The position numbers were made by a program, and so were the translations under genes. Under the pieces are notes generated by a model that was not told the DNA's origin, did not search any database, and saw nothing but the letters and a program-made list of their open reading frames with translations. A stretch of DNA of 32,769 bases from Candidatus Iainarchaeum sp. (GTDB lineage Archaea; Iainarchaeota; Iainarchaeia; Iainarchaeales; UBA10191), in NCBI GenBank assembly GCA_030649735.1, contig JAUSFL010000021.1, positions 1-32,769 of the forward strand, in the 5' to 3' direction. Shown one piece after another: positions 18,702 to 27,686 of this stretch (position 1 is the first letter of the stretch; every line of letters begins with the position of its first letter).

Positions 18702-19652
18702 ATGATTCCAAAACCGGCACGCATGCGAAGGCGGGGGAATGCAAGGACTTTCCAAATCAAGGATTTAAAAGTAGGCTATGTGCCTGATCCTGAAACAATG
18801 AAGCGCCCTTGGATTACGCGCTGGACTGGAAAAGTCACAGCCAGAAAAGAAGAGCTTCCATTCAGGGGATCCCAAGAGCGCGAGAAAACAAACGGAGGCT
18901 TTCAAAGAATCCATAAAATAGTGGTTTCTCGCGGGCCAGAATCTGCAGAACTAGTCGTAAAGCCAAAGCCAGTCTCTTCAGAATTGGAATTCAGGAAAAT
19001 TGAAAGGGCATCGCGCATTCTTCCCGGCACTTTCCCGAAAGCAATAGCATTCAAGGAAAAAATCCCAAACGGGCCTGGAGAAATTCACATGCAAATAGTC
19101 AAGGGAATGCCTTTATCGGCAATTAATTTTGCAAGCCTTCAGGCAGAGGACAAAAACAGGATAATTGAAGAACTTGCGAGAAAAATCAATGAAATGCACT
19201 CTAAAGGAATAACCCATCATGACTTGAAGTTCAAGAACATAATGGTTGACGGCAGGCAGATCAGGTTTGTTGACTTGGAGAAAACAACATTCTCGCAATT
19301 CAAGGCATCCAAAAGAGACAGGTATTTTGACGCATTGACTGTCATTGGAAACGCTGTTTATTCAGGGCTTATCAGCGATGCAAAGCAATTGGAGATTTTT
19401 GCAAGCATGGCGATTGAAGGAAAGAAAAACAGGGGCTATAAGTTCAGCCTAGAAAACCTTATGGAATTGCGAAAACAAAGCAAGCAAAGCTATCGCCTGG
19501 AAAAGCAGCAAACATACTGGGAAGAAAGAAAGCAAACATTGCGCACTCTTGCGGAAATGCTTGAAGAGTCAAAAAACCATGCCAAAAACCCGATAATAAA
19601 AGGCGCGGGCAGGTTTATTCAATCAAGCCTCCAAAAAGGGCTTCAGGCTTAA
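18702..19652 (+). CDS. Protein kinase-like superfamily protein (Bud32/RIO/Kdo-WaaP-like)
   Basis: LVVK, IHMQIVKG, MHSKGITHHDLKFKNIMV (catalytic loop), IRFVDLE. Confidence 0.75.
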   Translation: MIPKPARMRRRGNARTFQIKDLKVGYVPDPETMKRPWITRWTGKVTARKEELPFRGSQEREKTNGGFQRIHKIVVSRGPESAELVVKPKPVSSELEFRKIERASRILPGTFPKAIAFKEKIPNGPGEIHMQIVKGMPLSAINFASLQAEDKNRIIEELARKINEMHSKGITHHDLKFKNIMVDGRQIRFVDLEKTTFSQFKASKRDRYFDALTVIGNAVYSGLISDAKQLEIFASMAIEGKKNRGYKFSLENLMELRKQSKQSYRLEKQQTYWEERKQTLRTLAEMLEESKNHAKNPIIKGAGRFIQSSLQKGLQA

Positions 19653-19680
19653 AAAAACTTTCATTCAAATAAATTATACT

Positions 19681-21177
19681 ATGGCAGATTCTGAAGACAT
19701 TACCAACATTGCGTTGAGAAGAAGCATTTTTTACCCGGCCGCGGAAATTTACTCGAACTCTCCAAGCGGGTTTTGGGAATTCGGGCCAGTCGGCGAGGCA
19801 ATCAGGAGAAAAATAATCGAGTTTTGGAGGAAAGAATTCGTCCAAAAGGAAGGATTTGTTGAAATTTACGGGGCTCAAATACTGCCAGAGGCAGTCTTTA
19901 AGGCCTCGGGCCATTTGACAAACTTTAATGACCCGATAGTGCAGTGCAAAAAATGCAAAGCGCTCCACCGCGCTGACCAATTGATTGCTGAAAAAATCAA
20001 GGAAATTGTCCCTGAAAGCATGAGCATTGAAGAGCTTTCAAAGCTCATAAAGCACCACGAGGTTGAATGCCCAAAATGCAAGTCTAAAGAATTCACTGAA
20101 GTCAGAAAATTCAACATGATGATGAAAGTAGACATTGGAGCGACCGGGGACATTCCGTGCTATTTGCGTCCTGAAACCTGCCAAAGCATTTTTTTGGATT
20201 TTGAAAGAATTTACAAGACTTCGCGCCAAACCCTGCCTTTAGGAATTGCGCAGGCAGGCTGTTCTTTCAGGAATGAAATCGCGCCGCGAAACACTCTGCT
20301 TAGGGCGCGCGAGTTCGGCCAAATGGAATTGGAAATCTTCTTCAACCCTAAAAAAGCAAATGACTTTGAAAAGTTTTCAACAATAGAAAATAATGAAATC
20401 AACCTGATGCTTTCAGAAAAAGCCGGCATTACTCCAATCAAGGCAAAAGACGCTGTTGAGAAAAAACAAGTCAGCTCGAAAATGATTGCTTACTATTTGG
20501 CAAAATGGCAAATGCTTTGGGAAAAGCTCGGGGTTCCAAAAGAAAAAATGCGCTTTCGAAAACTGGCCGATGACGAAAAGGCATTCTATGCTGCCGAAGC
20601 ATTTGACTTTGAGGTTTTGACATCTCTAGGCTGGATTGAATTAACAGCATGCAACAACAGGACAGACTATGACTTGAAAGGCCACGCGAAAGAAAGCAAG
20701 AAAGAATTAAGCGTCAAGGAAGAGGGGGATTCAGAGTCTTTCATTCCGCACATTTTTGAATTATCTGACGGAATTGACAGGCCAGTCTGGGTATTGCTGG
20801 ACCTGGCTTTCAGGAAGGAAAAGCGCGGGCCTGAAGAAAGAATTTATCTTTCACTTGCGCCGCGCATTGCGCCATACTTTGCGGGAATTTTTCCTTTAGT
20901 GAAAAAAGACGGGCTTTTGGAAAAAGGACGGGAAATTTTCAAAGAGCTTGAAAGCCACGGCTTTGACCTGGTGTTTGACGAGAAAGGAAGCATTGGAAAG
21001 CGCTACGCGCGCATTGACGAAATCGGAGTGCCTTACGCGATTACAGTCGATTATGACACAATGAAAGACGGCACTGTGACTTTGCGCGACAGGGATTCCT
21101 TGGAGCAAAAGCGCGTGAAAGCAGAAAAACTGCCGGAACTGCTTTGGAAATTGCAGTTGGGTCTGGAAAAATTCTAA
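19681..21177 (+). CDS. glyS: Glycine--tRNA ligase (alpha2, archaeal/eukaryotic type)
   Basis: FWEFGPVG, VFKASGH..NFNDP, FNMM, YLRPET, FRNEIAPR..LLR.REFGQME, GSIGKRYARIDEIGVPYAITVD anticodon domain. Confidence 0.97.
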   Translation: MADSEDITNIALRRSIFYPAAEIYSNSPSGFWEFGPVGEAIRRKIIEFWRKEFVQKEGFVEIYGAQILPEAVFKASGHLTNFNDPIVQCKKCKALHRADQLIAEKIKEIVPESMSIEELSKLIKHHEVECPKCKSKEFTEVRKFNMMMKVDIGATGDIPCYLRPETCQSIFLDFERIYKTSRQTLPLGIAQAGCSFRNEIAPRNTLLRAREFGQMELEIFFNPKKANDFEKFSTIENNEINLMLSEKAGITPIKAKDAVEKKQVSSKMIAYYLAKWQMLWEKLGVPKEKMRFRKLADDEKAFYAAEAFDFEVLTSLGWIELTACNNRTDYDLKGHAKESKKELSVKEEGDSESFIPHIFELSDGIDRPVWVLLDLAFRKEKRGPEERIYLSLAPRIAPYFAGIFPLVKKDGLLEKGREIFKELESHGFDLVFDEKGSIGKRYARIDEIGVPYAITVDYDTMKDGTVTLRDRDSLEQKRVKAEKLPELLWKLQLGLEKF

Positions 21178-21191
21178 AATTGGCGCTCGCA

Positions 21192-21797
21192 ATGGTAAAA
21201 TACGGAAAACCTTTCAAATTGAAAAAGCCAGTTTACCAAGCCACTGACTTAAACTCTAAGAATGCGCGAATAAGAAAAGCATTATTTTACGGGCTTAAGG
21301 CAAGAAAAAAACTAAAGGAAATTGCGCGGGAATTGCCAGGCAGCTCAGTAGGTTACATGGAAGTCATAAGGGGCAAAATGATTGCTGAAGGAATTCTGGA
21401 AAGAGCCAGGCCATTAAAAAAAAGCAATCAGTCAAAAGAGCCAAGAGCAATCAATAGCGGCATTATTCCAGGAAGCATCGAGCAATCAATAGAGCAAGAG
21501 CTTGACAGGCGCGGCATTAAAGGCAGGAATGAAAGAATCAAAATGTTTGTTGAACTGGCAAGGGAAAGACTGCCTGATTCAAGCCTTCAAAGGGCATTGA
21601 AAACCGCGGAAGTAAAAATCACAAAAGCCACTACCCGGCTTGAAAGCTTGTTGGTTGCAGACAAACAAACGCAAGCTAAAAACCTTGACAAAAAAATTCA
21701 GGAATTAAGAAAATCCATTGCAAGGGCAAGAAACATGGACGCTGAAAGAGCAATGCCTTTTCTCGTCCAAGAAATGAAAAGAATAAACCTCAAATGA
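21192..21797 (+). CDS. Basic helical hypothetical protein
   Basis: Open frame filling the gap between glyS and tRNA-Thr; likely ATG at 21192 (track start overlaps glyS); K/R-rich. Confidence 0.65.
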   Translation: MVKYGKPFKLKKPVYQATDLNSKNARIRKALFYGLKARKKLKEIARELPGSSVGYMEVIRGKMIAEGILERARPLKKSNQSKEPRAINSGIIPGSIEQSIEQELDRRGIKGRNERIKMFVELARERLPDSSLQRALKTAEVKITKATTRLESLLVADKQTQAKNLDKKIQELRKSIARARNMDAERAMPFLVQEMKRINLK

Positions 21798-21850
21798 AGC
21801 AAAAAACCTGATTGTTTTTTTAAAGCCGGCATTCACTAATTCTCTAGCAG

Positions 21851-21922
21851 GCCCCTGTAGCGCAGTGGTAGCGCAGCAGTTTCGTAAACTGTTGGTCGAG
21901 AGTTCAAGTCTCTCCAGGGGCT
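21851..21922 (+). tRNA. tRNA-Thr (anticodon CGT)
   Basis: GCCCCTG TAGCGCAGTGGTAGCGCA GCAGT TTCGTAA ACTGT TGGTC GAGAG TTCAAGT CTCTC CAGGGGC T; cloverleaf, no intron, no CCA; TTTTTAAA about 30 nt upstream. Confidence 0.95.
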
Positions 21923-21928
21923 TTTTTT
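21922..21928 (+). terminator. Oligo-T terminator after tRNA-Thr
   Basis: T7 run directly after the acceptor stem. Confidence 0.55.
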
Positions 21929-21978
21929 GGAAAAACTATTTAAACAATCAACGCATTATTTGAAGAGTGGTCTTGAAA

Positions 21979-22446
21979 ATGCAGAAGAAGAAAAAGCCTT
22001 CAAAAACTAACGCAATTTATTCCTTGGAAATAAAGCCAGTCTCTAAAGGGGAAAGAATCAGCGGAAATTTATTGAAAGACTTGCGCAAGGCGCAAGAGCT
22101 CCCAAGGCATTCTAGAAAGAACGCGTTTATTGCAATCGGCGCAAACATTGTAATTCCTGGGTTAGGAAACTATTACCTGGAAAGAAACAAGGTCGGGCTT
22201 GCCTTGACTGCGTTAAGCGTCCTGCTAATTGTAGTGTTTCTTTCTCCATTGTTTCCTTTGAATTCTGTCGGGGTTTTCATTAACCCGACAAGCCCACAGG
22301 CGACAATCGCGACCGCGCTTCACGCAAGCCAGGATTATGCAGTCAATTTTTACAACCCGCTCTCGGCATACTTTTTAATTCCATTAATTTTGATTGCTTT
22401 CAGCTGGCTGCACTTGATTTTCCTGCTGGTTAAGGGAAAAAAGTAA
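21979..22446 (+). CDS. Membrane protein with TM2-domain-like motif
   Basis: IVIPGLGNYYLERNKVGL motif and about three hydrophobic segments; ATG at 21979 preferred over GTG at 21967. Confidence 0.65.
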   Translation: MQKKKKPSKTNAIYSLEIKPVSKGERISGNLLKDLRKAQELPRHSRKNAFIAIGANIVIPGLGNYYLERNKVGLALTALSVLLIVVFLSPLFPLNSVGVFINPTSPQATIATALHASQDYAVNFYNPLSAYFLIPLILIAFSWLHLIFLLVKGKK

Positions 22447-22459
22447 TTAGGCGAAATCA

Positions 22460-23527
22460 ATGGATTCTAGAATTGAAGAATTGGCTGAAATCGTAGTGAG
22501 CAAGGCCTGCAAGATTGGAAAAAAGGATTACGTGCAGATTGTCGGGGCTCCAGAAAGCCAGGCATTGGTTCTTGCATTGTTTGAAAAAGCAATAAAGAAA
22601 GGCGCTTTTCCTTCAGTGAAAATCGGGCTTGAAAACCAAAGCTACATTTATTACAAGAACGCGAAAGACTTTCAGCTCAAATGGTTCCCAAAGCTCGCTT
22701 ATCAAGAAATGAAGCAGACAAAAGCAATAATTTACATCCAGTCAGACACTAACCGAAAAGAACTTGCGAGAATCCCGACTGAAAGAATCAACATTCGCCA
22801 AAAGGCATTGAAGAGAATTGACGAGTGGAGGGTCAATAAGACAAACTGGTGCATTGTGTCTTTTCCAAGCAGCGGTTTTGCGCAGGACGCGGGCATGTCT
22901 TTGCGCGAATACGAGGATTTGGTTTTTTCCGCAACAAACTTTGACTTTTCAAAACTGAAACCAAAATTCGACAAGCTCATCAAGTTAGAAAATAAGACTG
23001 ACAAGGTAAGGATTGTTGGAAAAGAAACTGACTTGGAGTTTTCAATCAAGGAAAGGAATGCAGTTTCTGATTTGGACAAAATCTGCAATATTCCGTCAGG
23101 CGAAGTCTTCAACTCAGTGGTTGAGAATTCTGCGGAAGGAAAAATCTATTACGAGTTTCCCGCAGTGTACTTGGACAATGAAGTTGATGGAGTTTCCTTG
23201 GAATTCAGCAAGGGAAAAGTGGTTTCAGCAAAGGCTGAAAAAAACCAGAAGTTTTTGGAAAAAGTGCTCAAAAGCGACAAGGGCGCAAAGTTTTTGGGAG
23301 AATTCGGAATTGGACTCAATTACGGCATTAAGGAATTCTCCAAAGACATTTTGTTTGATGAAAAAATCGGCGGAACAATCCACCTTGCGCTTGGGGAAAG
23401 CTACAAGGAATGCAAGGGAAAAAACAAGAGCATTGTGCACTGGGACATGATCAAGAACTTGCGCAAGAACGGCCGCGTGTATTTTGACAAAAAGCTTGTT
23501 GAAAAGAACGGAAAAGTTTTGATTTAA
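22460..23527 (+). CDS. Aminopeptidase, peptidase family M29 (AmpS/AmpT type)
   Basis: NIPSGEVF, LGEFGIGLN, ILFDEKIGGTIHLALG, SIVHWDM. Confidence 0.93.
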   Translation: MDSRIEELAEIVVSKACKIGKKDYVQIVGAPESQALVLALFEKAIKKGAFPSVKIGLENQSYIYYKNAKDFQLKWFPKLAYQEMKQTKAIIYIQSDTNRKELARIPTERINIRQKALKRIDEWRVNKTNWCIVSFPSSGFAQDAGMSLREYEDLVFSATNFDFSKLKPKFDKLIKLENKTDKVRIVGKETDLEFSIKERNAVSDLDKICNIPSGEVFNSVVENSAEGKIYYEFPAVYLDNEVDGVSLEFSKGKVVSAKAEKNQKFLEKVLKSDKGAKFLGEFGIGLNYGIKEFSKDILFDEKIGGTIHLALGESYKECKGKNKSIVHWDMIKNLRKNGRVYFDKKLVEKNGKVLI

Positions 23528-23545
23528 GACCGCGGGGTTTTTGTA

Positions 23546-24061
23546 ATGCAATTGCAAAGGCTTTCAGGACTGCTTGGAATTTTAGGAATTATTGCTTTCT
23601 TGGCTTTCACTGCAATTGCCGTGTTGAATTTTCCAAACTATGATTTTGCAGGCCAGTTTTTAAGCGAGCTTGGCATTGGAGCCGCAAGTGCTTTCTGGTT
23701 TAATTCCGGCCTGGTGATTGCGGGCATTTGCTTTGCAGTGTTTTTTGCGAGATTTTGGAAAGAGCAAAAAGCAATTGCAATTGCGGGAATTTTGGCTTCT
23801 TTGGCGCTTGCTGGAATTGGAATTTTTCCAATGAACCAAGAGCCAATGCATAATATTGCTGCAGGGCTGTTCTTTTTCCTTGCAGGAATTGCCGCCTTGT
23901 TTTTTTCAAAGCAAAACAGGAAAGACAGGCTTTTGTTTGCAGTCAGCTTTCTTGCATTGATTGCGGACATTGCGTACTTGGGCGTTCAAAGCCCGATTTT
24001 GCAAAAAATAAGTGTTGCTTTATTCCTAGCTTGGGTGCTTTTTGTTTCTCTTAAAAAATAA
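23546..24061 (+). CDS. DUF998-like integral membrane protein
   Basis: PNYDFAGQFLSELG, FNSGL, GIGIFP, MHNIAA..FF pattern; 5-6 TM helices. Confidence 0.75.
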   Translation: MQLQRLSGLLGILGIIAFLAFTAIAVLNFPNYDFAGQFLSELGIGAASAFWFNSGLVIAGICFAVFFARFWKEQKAIAIAGILASLALAGIGIFPMNQEPMHNIAAGLFFFLAGIAALFFSKQNRKDRLLFAVSFLALIADIAYLGVQSPILQKISVALFLAWVLFVSLKK

Positions 24062-24165
24062 GGCCAAAAAGACTGTCGAAAATCGTCAAGGGCACTTAAG
24101 GCAGTTGTCGAAAGGTTTTTATTTGGGTTTTGCCTGAAATACTTCTGATTCTTGAAGTGTTTTTT

Positions 24166-24876
24166 ATGGTTGAAAAGCTAGACACTATAATTGCCGGCGA
24201 AATCTGCATGAGCAAAGAGCCAGGCAGTTCGATGAAAAAATGGCGTGAAATTTTTGGAATTTCGCAAACAGAGCTTGCGGACTTTTTGAAAGTTTCTTCC
24301 TCGACAATTTCAGACTATGAAGGCGGCCGAAGGAAATCTCCTGGAATTGGCGTTGTAAGCAGGCTTGTTGAAAACCTGATTGAAATTGACAAAAAGCACG
24401 GCGGCAAAATAGTCAAGCAATTAGAGCGCGACTTCAAGCCAAAGGAAGAATTGTTCAACACTCACGAGTTTTTCGCTTCAATGCCCGCAAAAGAGTTCGC
24501 GCAAAAAATCGAAGCAGAATGCATTGCAAACCCCGCAAAAATAAAGGAAATGCAAATTTTTGGCTATACAATAATTGATTCCTTGAAAGCAATTCTTGAC
24601 GTGCCAGTCAATGACTACATTCAATTATTCGGAAAAACTCCAGAACGCGCCTTAATTTTCACAAAAGTCGAAAGCGGGCGCAGTCCAATGATTGCAGTAA
24701 AGGTCGGAAGGTTTTCCACTGAAATGCGGCCAAGCGTTGTAGTATTGCACGGGCCCGAAGCAAACAAAGTCGACCACTTGGCAGTGAAGATTGCGGAAGC
24801 GGAAAAAATTCCATTACTGGTTACGCAAAAGCCATTGGAAGAAATAATCAAAGTCTTGAAAGAGTTCGAAAGCTGA
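24166..24876 (+). CDS. Archaeal XRE-HTH transcriptional regulator (COG1709-like)
   Basis: IAGEI.MS..PG..MKKWREIFGISQTELA..L.VSSSTISDYEGGRRKSPG; ERALIFTKVESGRSPMIA; likely ATG at 24166. Confidence 0.88.
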   Translation: MVEKLDTIIAGEICMSKEPGSSMKKWREIFGISQTELADFLKVSSSTISDYEGGRRKSPGIGVVSRLVENLIEIDKKHGGKIVKQLERDFKPKEELFNTHEFFASMPAKEFAQKIEAECIANPAKIKEMQIFGYTIIDSLKAILDVPVNDYIQLFGKTPERALIFTKVESGRSPMIAVKVGRFSTEMRPSVVVLHGPEANKVDHLAVKIAEAEKIPLLVTQKPLEEIIKVLKEFES

Positions 24877-24880
24877 ATTT

Positions 24881-25582
24881 TCAAAGCCTGACGCAATAAG
24901 TGAAGCGGCTCCAGTTATGCCCGTTCCTGTCAATTCCGGCAAGCGTTGTTGAAACAATCACTTTTTGCCCTGTTTTTTTTGCCAAATGCTCGGCGAGCTT
25001 TTTTGCCGCAGTCCTGCTTCCGACAACAAAGTCAGCGCCGTTCTTTAAAGTAACTATTTTCGCGATTTGCGCTAGAGAATCTGTTTTTTTCAGCTTTGCC
25101 ATGAACTCGTCAGACTCTTTAATCAAGCCGTCAATTTCCTGCTGGCTTAGCTTTTTGGAATAGCGGGCCTGAATTGTTGCCTCGAAATAATTGCTGCTTA
25201 TTTTCATGCACGGGTCGCAAAGAACAGTCTTTTGCTTGAGCAAGGACTCGAAAGAATTATTGATTTTAATGCCTTGAACTTTGCCTTCAACTTTTAATGC
25301 TGCCTTGAAGCCTTCAGGCTTTTCAAACAAGTCAAGCTTGGTTTTAAAATCCGGCCCGAAAAGCCTGTTCTTGAAATTTTGCAAGACAATTTCCTGCAAG
25401 ACTTCCGAACTTTCCTCTACCCAGCGGGTTTTAGACTTTATTTTACTGCAGTGCTTGCATTTTTCGAAAGCAATTTCTTTAGGAAGCTCTCCAAGAACTT
25501 GCTTTTCCAAAAAGCAGTCCTTGCACAATGCATTAATCAGCTTGTCAGCGTCTTTGCCGCAATGCGGGCAGAATTTTTTCAT
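24881..25582 (-). CDS. nmd3: NMD3 family ribosome biogenesis protein
   Basis: Four CxxC motifs (CPHC, CKDC, CKHC, CDPC), YFEATIQAR, C-terminal RFTYCVRL. Confidence 0.9.
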   Translation of the reverse strand: MKKFCPHCGKDADKLINALCKDCFLEKQVLGELPKEIAFEKCKHCSKIKSKTRWVEESSEVLQEIVLQNFKNRLFGPDFKTKLDLFEKPEGFKAALKVEGKVQGIKINNSFESLLKQKTVLCDPCMKISSNYFEATIQARYSKKLSQQEIDGLIKESDEFMAKLKKTDSLAQIAKIVTLKNGADFVVGSRTAAKKLAEHLAKKTGQKVIVSTTLAGIDRNGHNWSRFTYCVRL

Positions 25583-25605
25583 AAAGAGTTTAGGAAAAAA
25601 CAGAA

Positions 25606-26880
25606 TTATAAGGTTAATTCTTCGCCGGTCCTTGGCGCTACAACATCAAAGCCTTTGCCATGCAGTTCTTGCTTGAAAACATCAATTACTTGAGAGTCTC
25701 CGTGAACTAAAACAATCTTTTCCGGAGAAAGCTTGTCCACAGCGTACATTAACGAGTCATGGTCTGAATGCGCTGAAAAATCGTATTTTTCAACCTTCAT
25801 TTTCACGTCCACTAAAGAGCCGTCAATGTCGATTTTTCCAGTGTCCATCAAGATTCTTCCAGGAGTTTTTTCAACCTGGAATCCTGTTAGGAAAATTTTT
25901 GAGTCAGAATCATCGTAAAGTTTTTTAATGTAGTATTGTATTGGGCCGCCTTGCAGCATTCCGGAAGTTGTCACAATGACGCAAGGCTCTTTCAAGGCTT
26001 TTTTTCTCATTTGCTCGCCTTTCACCCAATGGGCTTTCATTAAGGCGCGCTTGAGGAATTTTGGGTTCTTGAAGTATGACGGGTTGTTAAGCATTATTTT
26101 CGCTGCCTTTTGGCCCATGCCATCCAAGTATACTGGCACATTAAGCTTGTACTCTTCCAAGACATCAATCAATTCTTGCGAACGCCCAACCGCAAAAGCG
26201 CTCACCAAGGCATGGCCTCCGCGATCTAAAGTGTCAATGACTGATTCTGCAAAGGCCTTTTCAGTCTCTTTTCTTGGCGGGTGGTTTCTATCGCCGTAAG
26301 TGCTTTCCATAATCAAGTAATCCACTTTGCCGCACTTCAAGTCTGCCTTGTGGTGCAATCTTGTTTCAGCGGCATTAAAGTCCCCGGTGTAAAGCAGTGT
26401 TTTTCCATTTGGAAGGTAAAGTTTTGTCAAGGCGCTTCCGACAATGTGGCCGGCGTCATAAAATTCCATCGCGGTTTTTTCAGTGATGTTCACGTGCTTT
26501 TTGTAGCCTAGTTCAAAAGCAAATCTTTCAGTCTTTTGGATTTCAGGCTTTGAATACCCGGAGTCAAATCCTTCAAGGCCTGCAATTTTCAGGCTGTCAA
26601 ACCACAAAAGCTTTGAAATTTCCAAAGTCGGCGAAGTCATGAAAGAAAGCGCGTGATTGTCCAAAAAAAGCGATGGAAGGTTTCCTGAATGGTCCAAATG
26701 CGCATGGCTTATCACCACGGCATCCAAGTTTGTTTCAGGCTTTAAGGGATATTCAACCCCTTCGGGAGTCAATTTTACTCCGTCATCAAGCAATACCCTG
26801 TCGCCAAAGTCCAAAAGCAAAGAGCTTCTTCCAACCTCTCTTCCGGCGCCAAGGCACTTGAACTTCAAATCCTGCTTCAA
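25606..26880 (-). CDS. beta-CASP ribonuclease, CPSF73-like without KH domains (COG1236)
   Basis: LGAGREVGRS, ISHAHLDHSG, AGHIVGS, YTGDF, MESTYG, FAVGRSQE, TSGMLQGG, FSAHSD, LVHGD; TTG start. Confidence 0.93.
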   Translation of the reverse strand: MKQDLKFKCLGAGREVGRSSLLLDFGDRVLLDDGVKLTPEGVEYPLKPETNLDAVVISHAHLDHSGNLPSLFLDNHALSFMTSPTLEISKLLWFDSLKIAGLEGFDSGYSKPEIQKTERFAFELGYKKHVNITEKTAMEFYDAGHIVGSALTKLYLPNGKTLLYTGDFNAAETRLHHKADLKCGKVDYLIMESTYGDRNHPPRKETEKAFAESVIDTLDRGGHALVSAFAVGRSQELIDVLEEYKLNVPVYLDGMGQKAAKIMLNNPSYFKNPKFLKRALMKAHWVKGEQMRKKALKEPCVIVTTSGMLQGGPIQYYIKKLYDDSDSKIFLTGFQVEKTPGRILMDTGKIDIDGSLVDVKMKVEKYDFSAHSDHDSLMYAVDKLSPEKIVLVHGDSQVIDVFKQELHGKGFDVVAPRTGEELTL

Positions 26881-27010
26881 TTAAAACAACCTTTTTTTCA
26901 AAAATTAGGTAATAGATTAAACTGCAACAAATTTATTAAAGCAATTCGTGAATAATCCAGCTTTTTTCTCAATAATGCACTAGCATCAACTCAAAATGCA
27001 CCAAAAAGGC

Positions 27011-27018
27011 TTTATAAA
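27011..27018. promoter_or_regulatory. TATA-box candidate in the largest intergenic region
   Basis: TTTATAAA preceded by purine-rich AAAAAGG (BRE-like). Confidence 0.5.
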
Positions 27019-27085
27019 CCCAAAGAGAAGAGTATTTCGAACATTGAAAAATGCTCACCAAAACTCCTTTTAGTACTCCAAAAAA

Positions 27086-27113
27086 AAGGCAGGCCCTTTC
27101 AAGGGCTTGTCTT
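27086..27113 (+). other. 12-bp stem-loop with two G-U pairs
   Basis: AAGGCAGGCCCT-TTCA-AGGGCTTGTCTT. Confidence 0.5.
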
Positions 27114-27254
27114 CCCTCACAAACCAAAAAAATCAATAAAGCAAAAAAATTGCCTTTCCAGAATCATTCTTGAAAAAAACAAGGCTTTTTAATGAAGGTT
27201 TTAAAACCCCAAATTACCTGATTTTTAAAGCGCTTTACTAAGGAGGCTTTTGCT

Positions 27255-27686
27255 TTGAAGGATAAGAAAATCTGCACGCCAAACAATGCATTCTGCATTA
27301 GCGAAAAAAAAATAATCCTGGCTGTTTTTGCGGCAATCGCGATAATTGCCATTGGAGTGAGCTATTTTGCAATTATTGAAAAAACATCTTCAGACTATAA
27401 TTCGGGGGCCATTAAAATTCTCCTGCAGTCAGTGGACAAATTCACTATATCAATTGCCCTAATTGTAGGATTGGTAATAGTGTCAATTTCAGTACTGGCC
27501 TTCAGGAAAAACCAGTCCGCAAAATTTCTGCTGATAACACTGGCTTTTGGAATTCTGGTCCTAGAATGGGCATTAAAGCTCATTGACCGCTATTACATTC
27601 CTGGACAATTGCTTTACGACCCCATTGAAAACCTGCTTGAATTGACAGTCCTTGTATTCATTGCATGGGGCCTTTTCAGGAAATGA
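27255..27686 (+). CDS. Small four-TM membrane protein coupled to the downstream winged-HTH gene
   Basis: AGGAGG RBS before TTG start; four hydrophobic segments; LAFRKNQSAKFLLITLAF. Confidence 0.75.
   Translation: MKDKKICTPNNAFCISEKKIILAVFAAIAIIAIGVSYFAIIEKTSSDYNSGAIKILLQSVDKFTISIALIVGLVIVSISVLAFRKNQSAKFLLITLAFGILVLEWALKLIDRYYIPGQLLYDPIENLLELTVLVFIAWGLFRK

Noticed and set aside
14838-21922. tRNA genes as integration sites for a mobile element
   Set aside because: No integrase or transposase seen, no duplicated tRNA 3' end noticed, and the enclosed genes are core housekeeping.
27051-27173. 40-codon ORF (MLTKTPFSTPKKRQ...) after the intergenic TATA box
   Set aside because: Low-complexity A-tract sequence with no recognisable motif; the hairpin explains the region better, though a leader peptide is not excluded.
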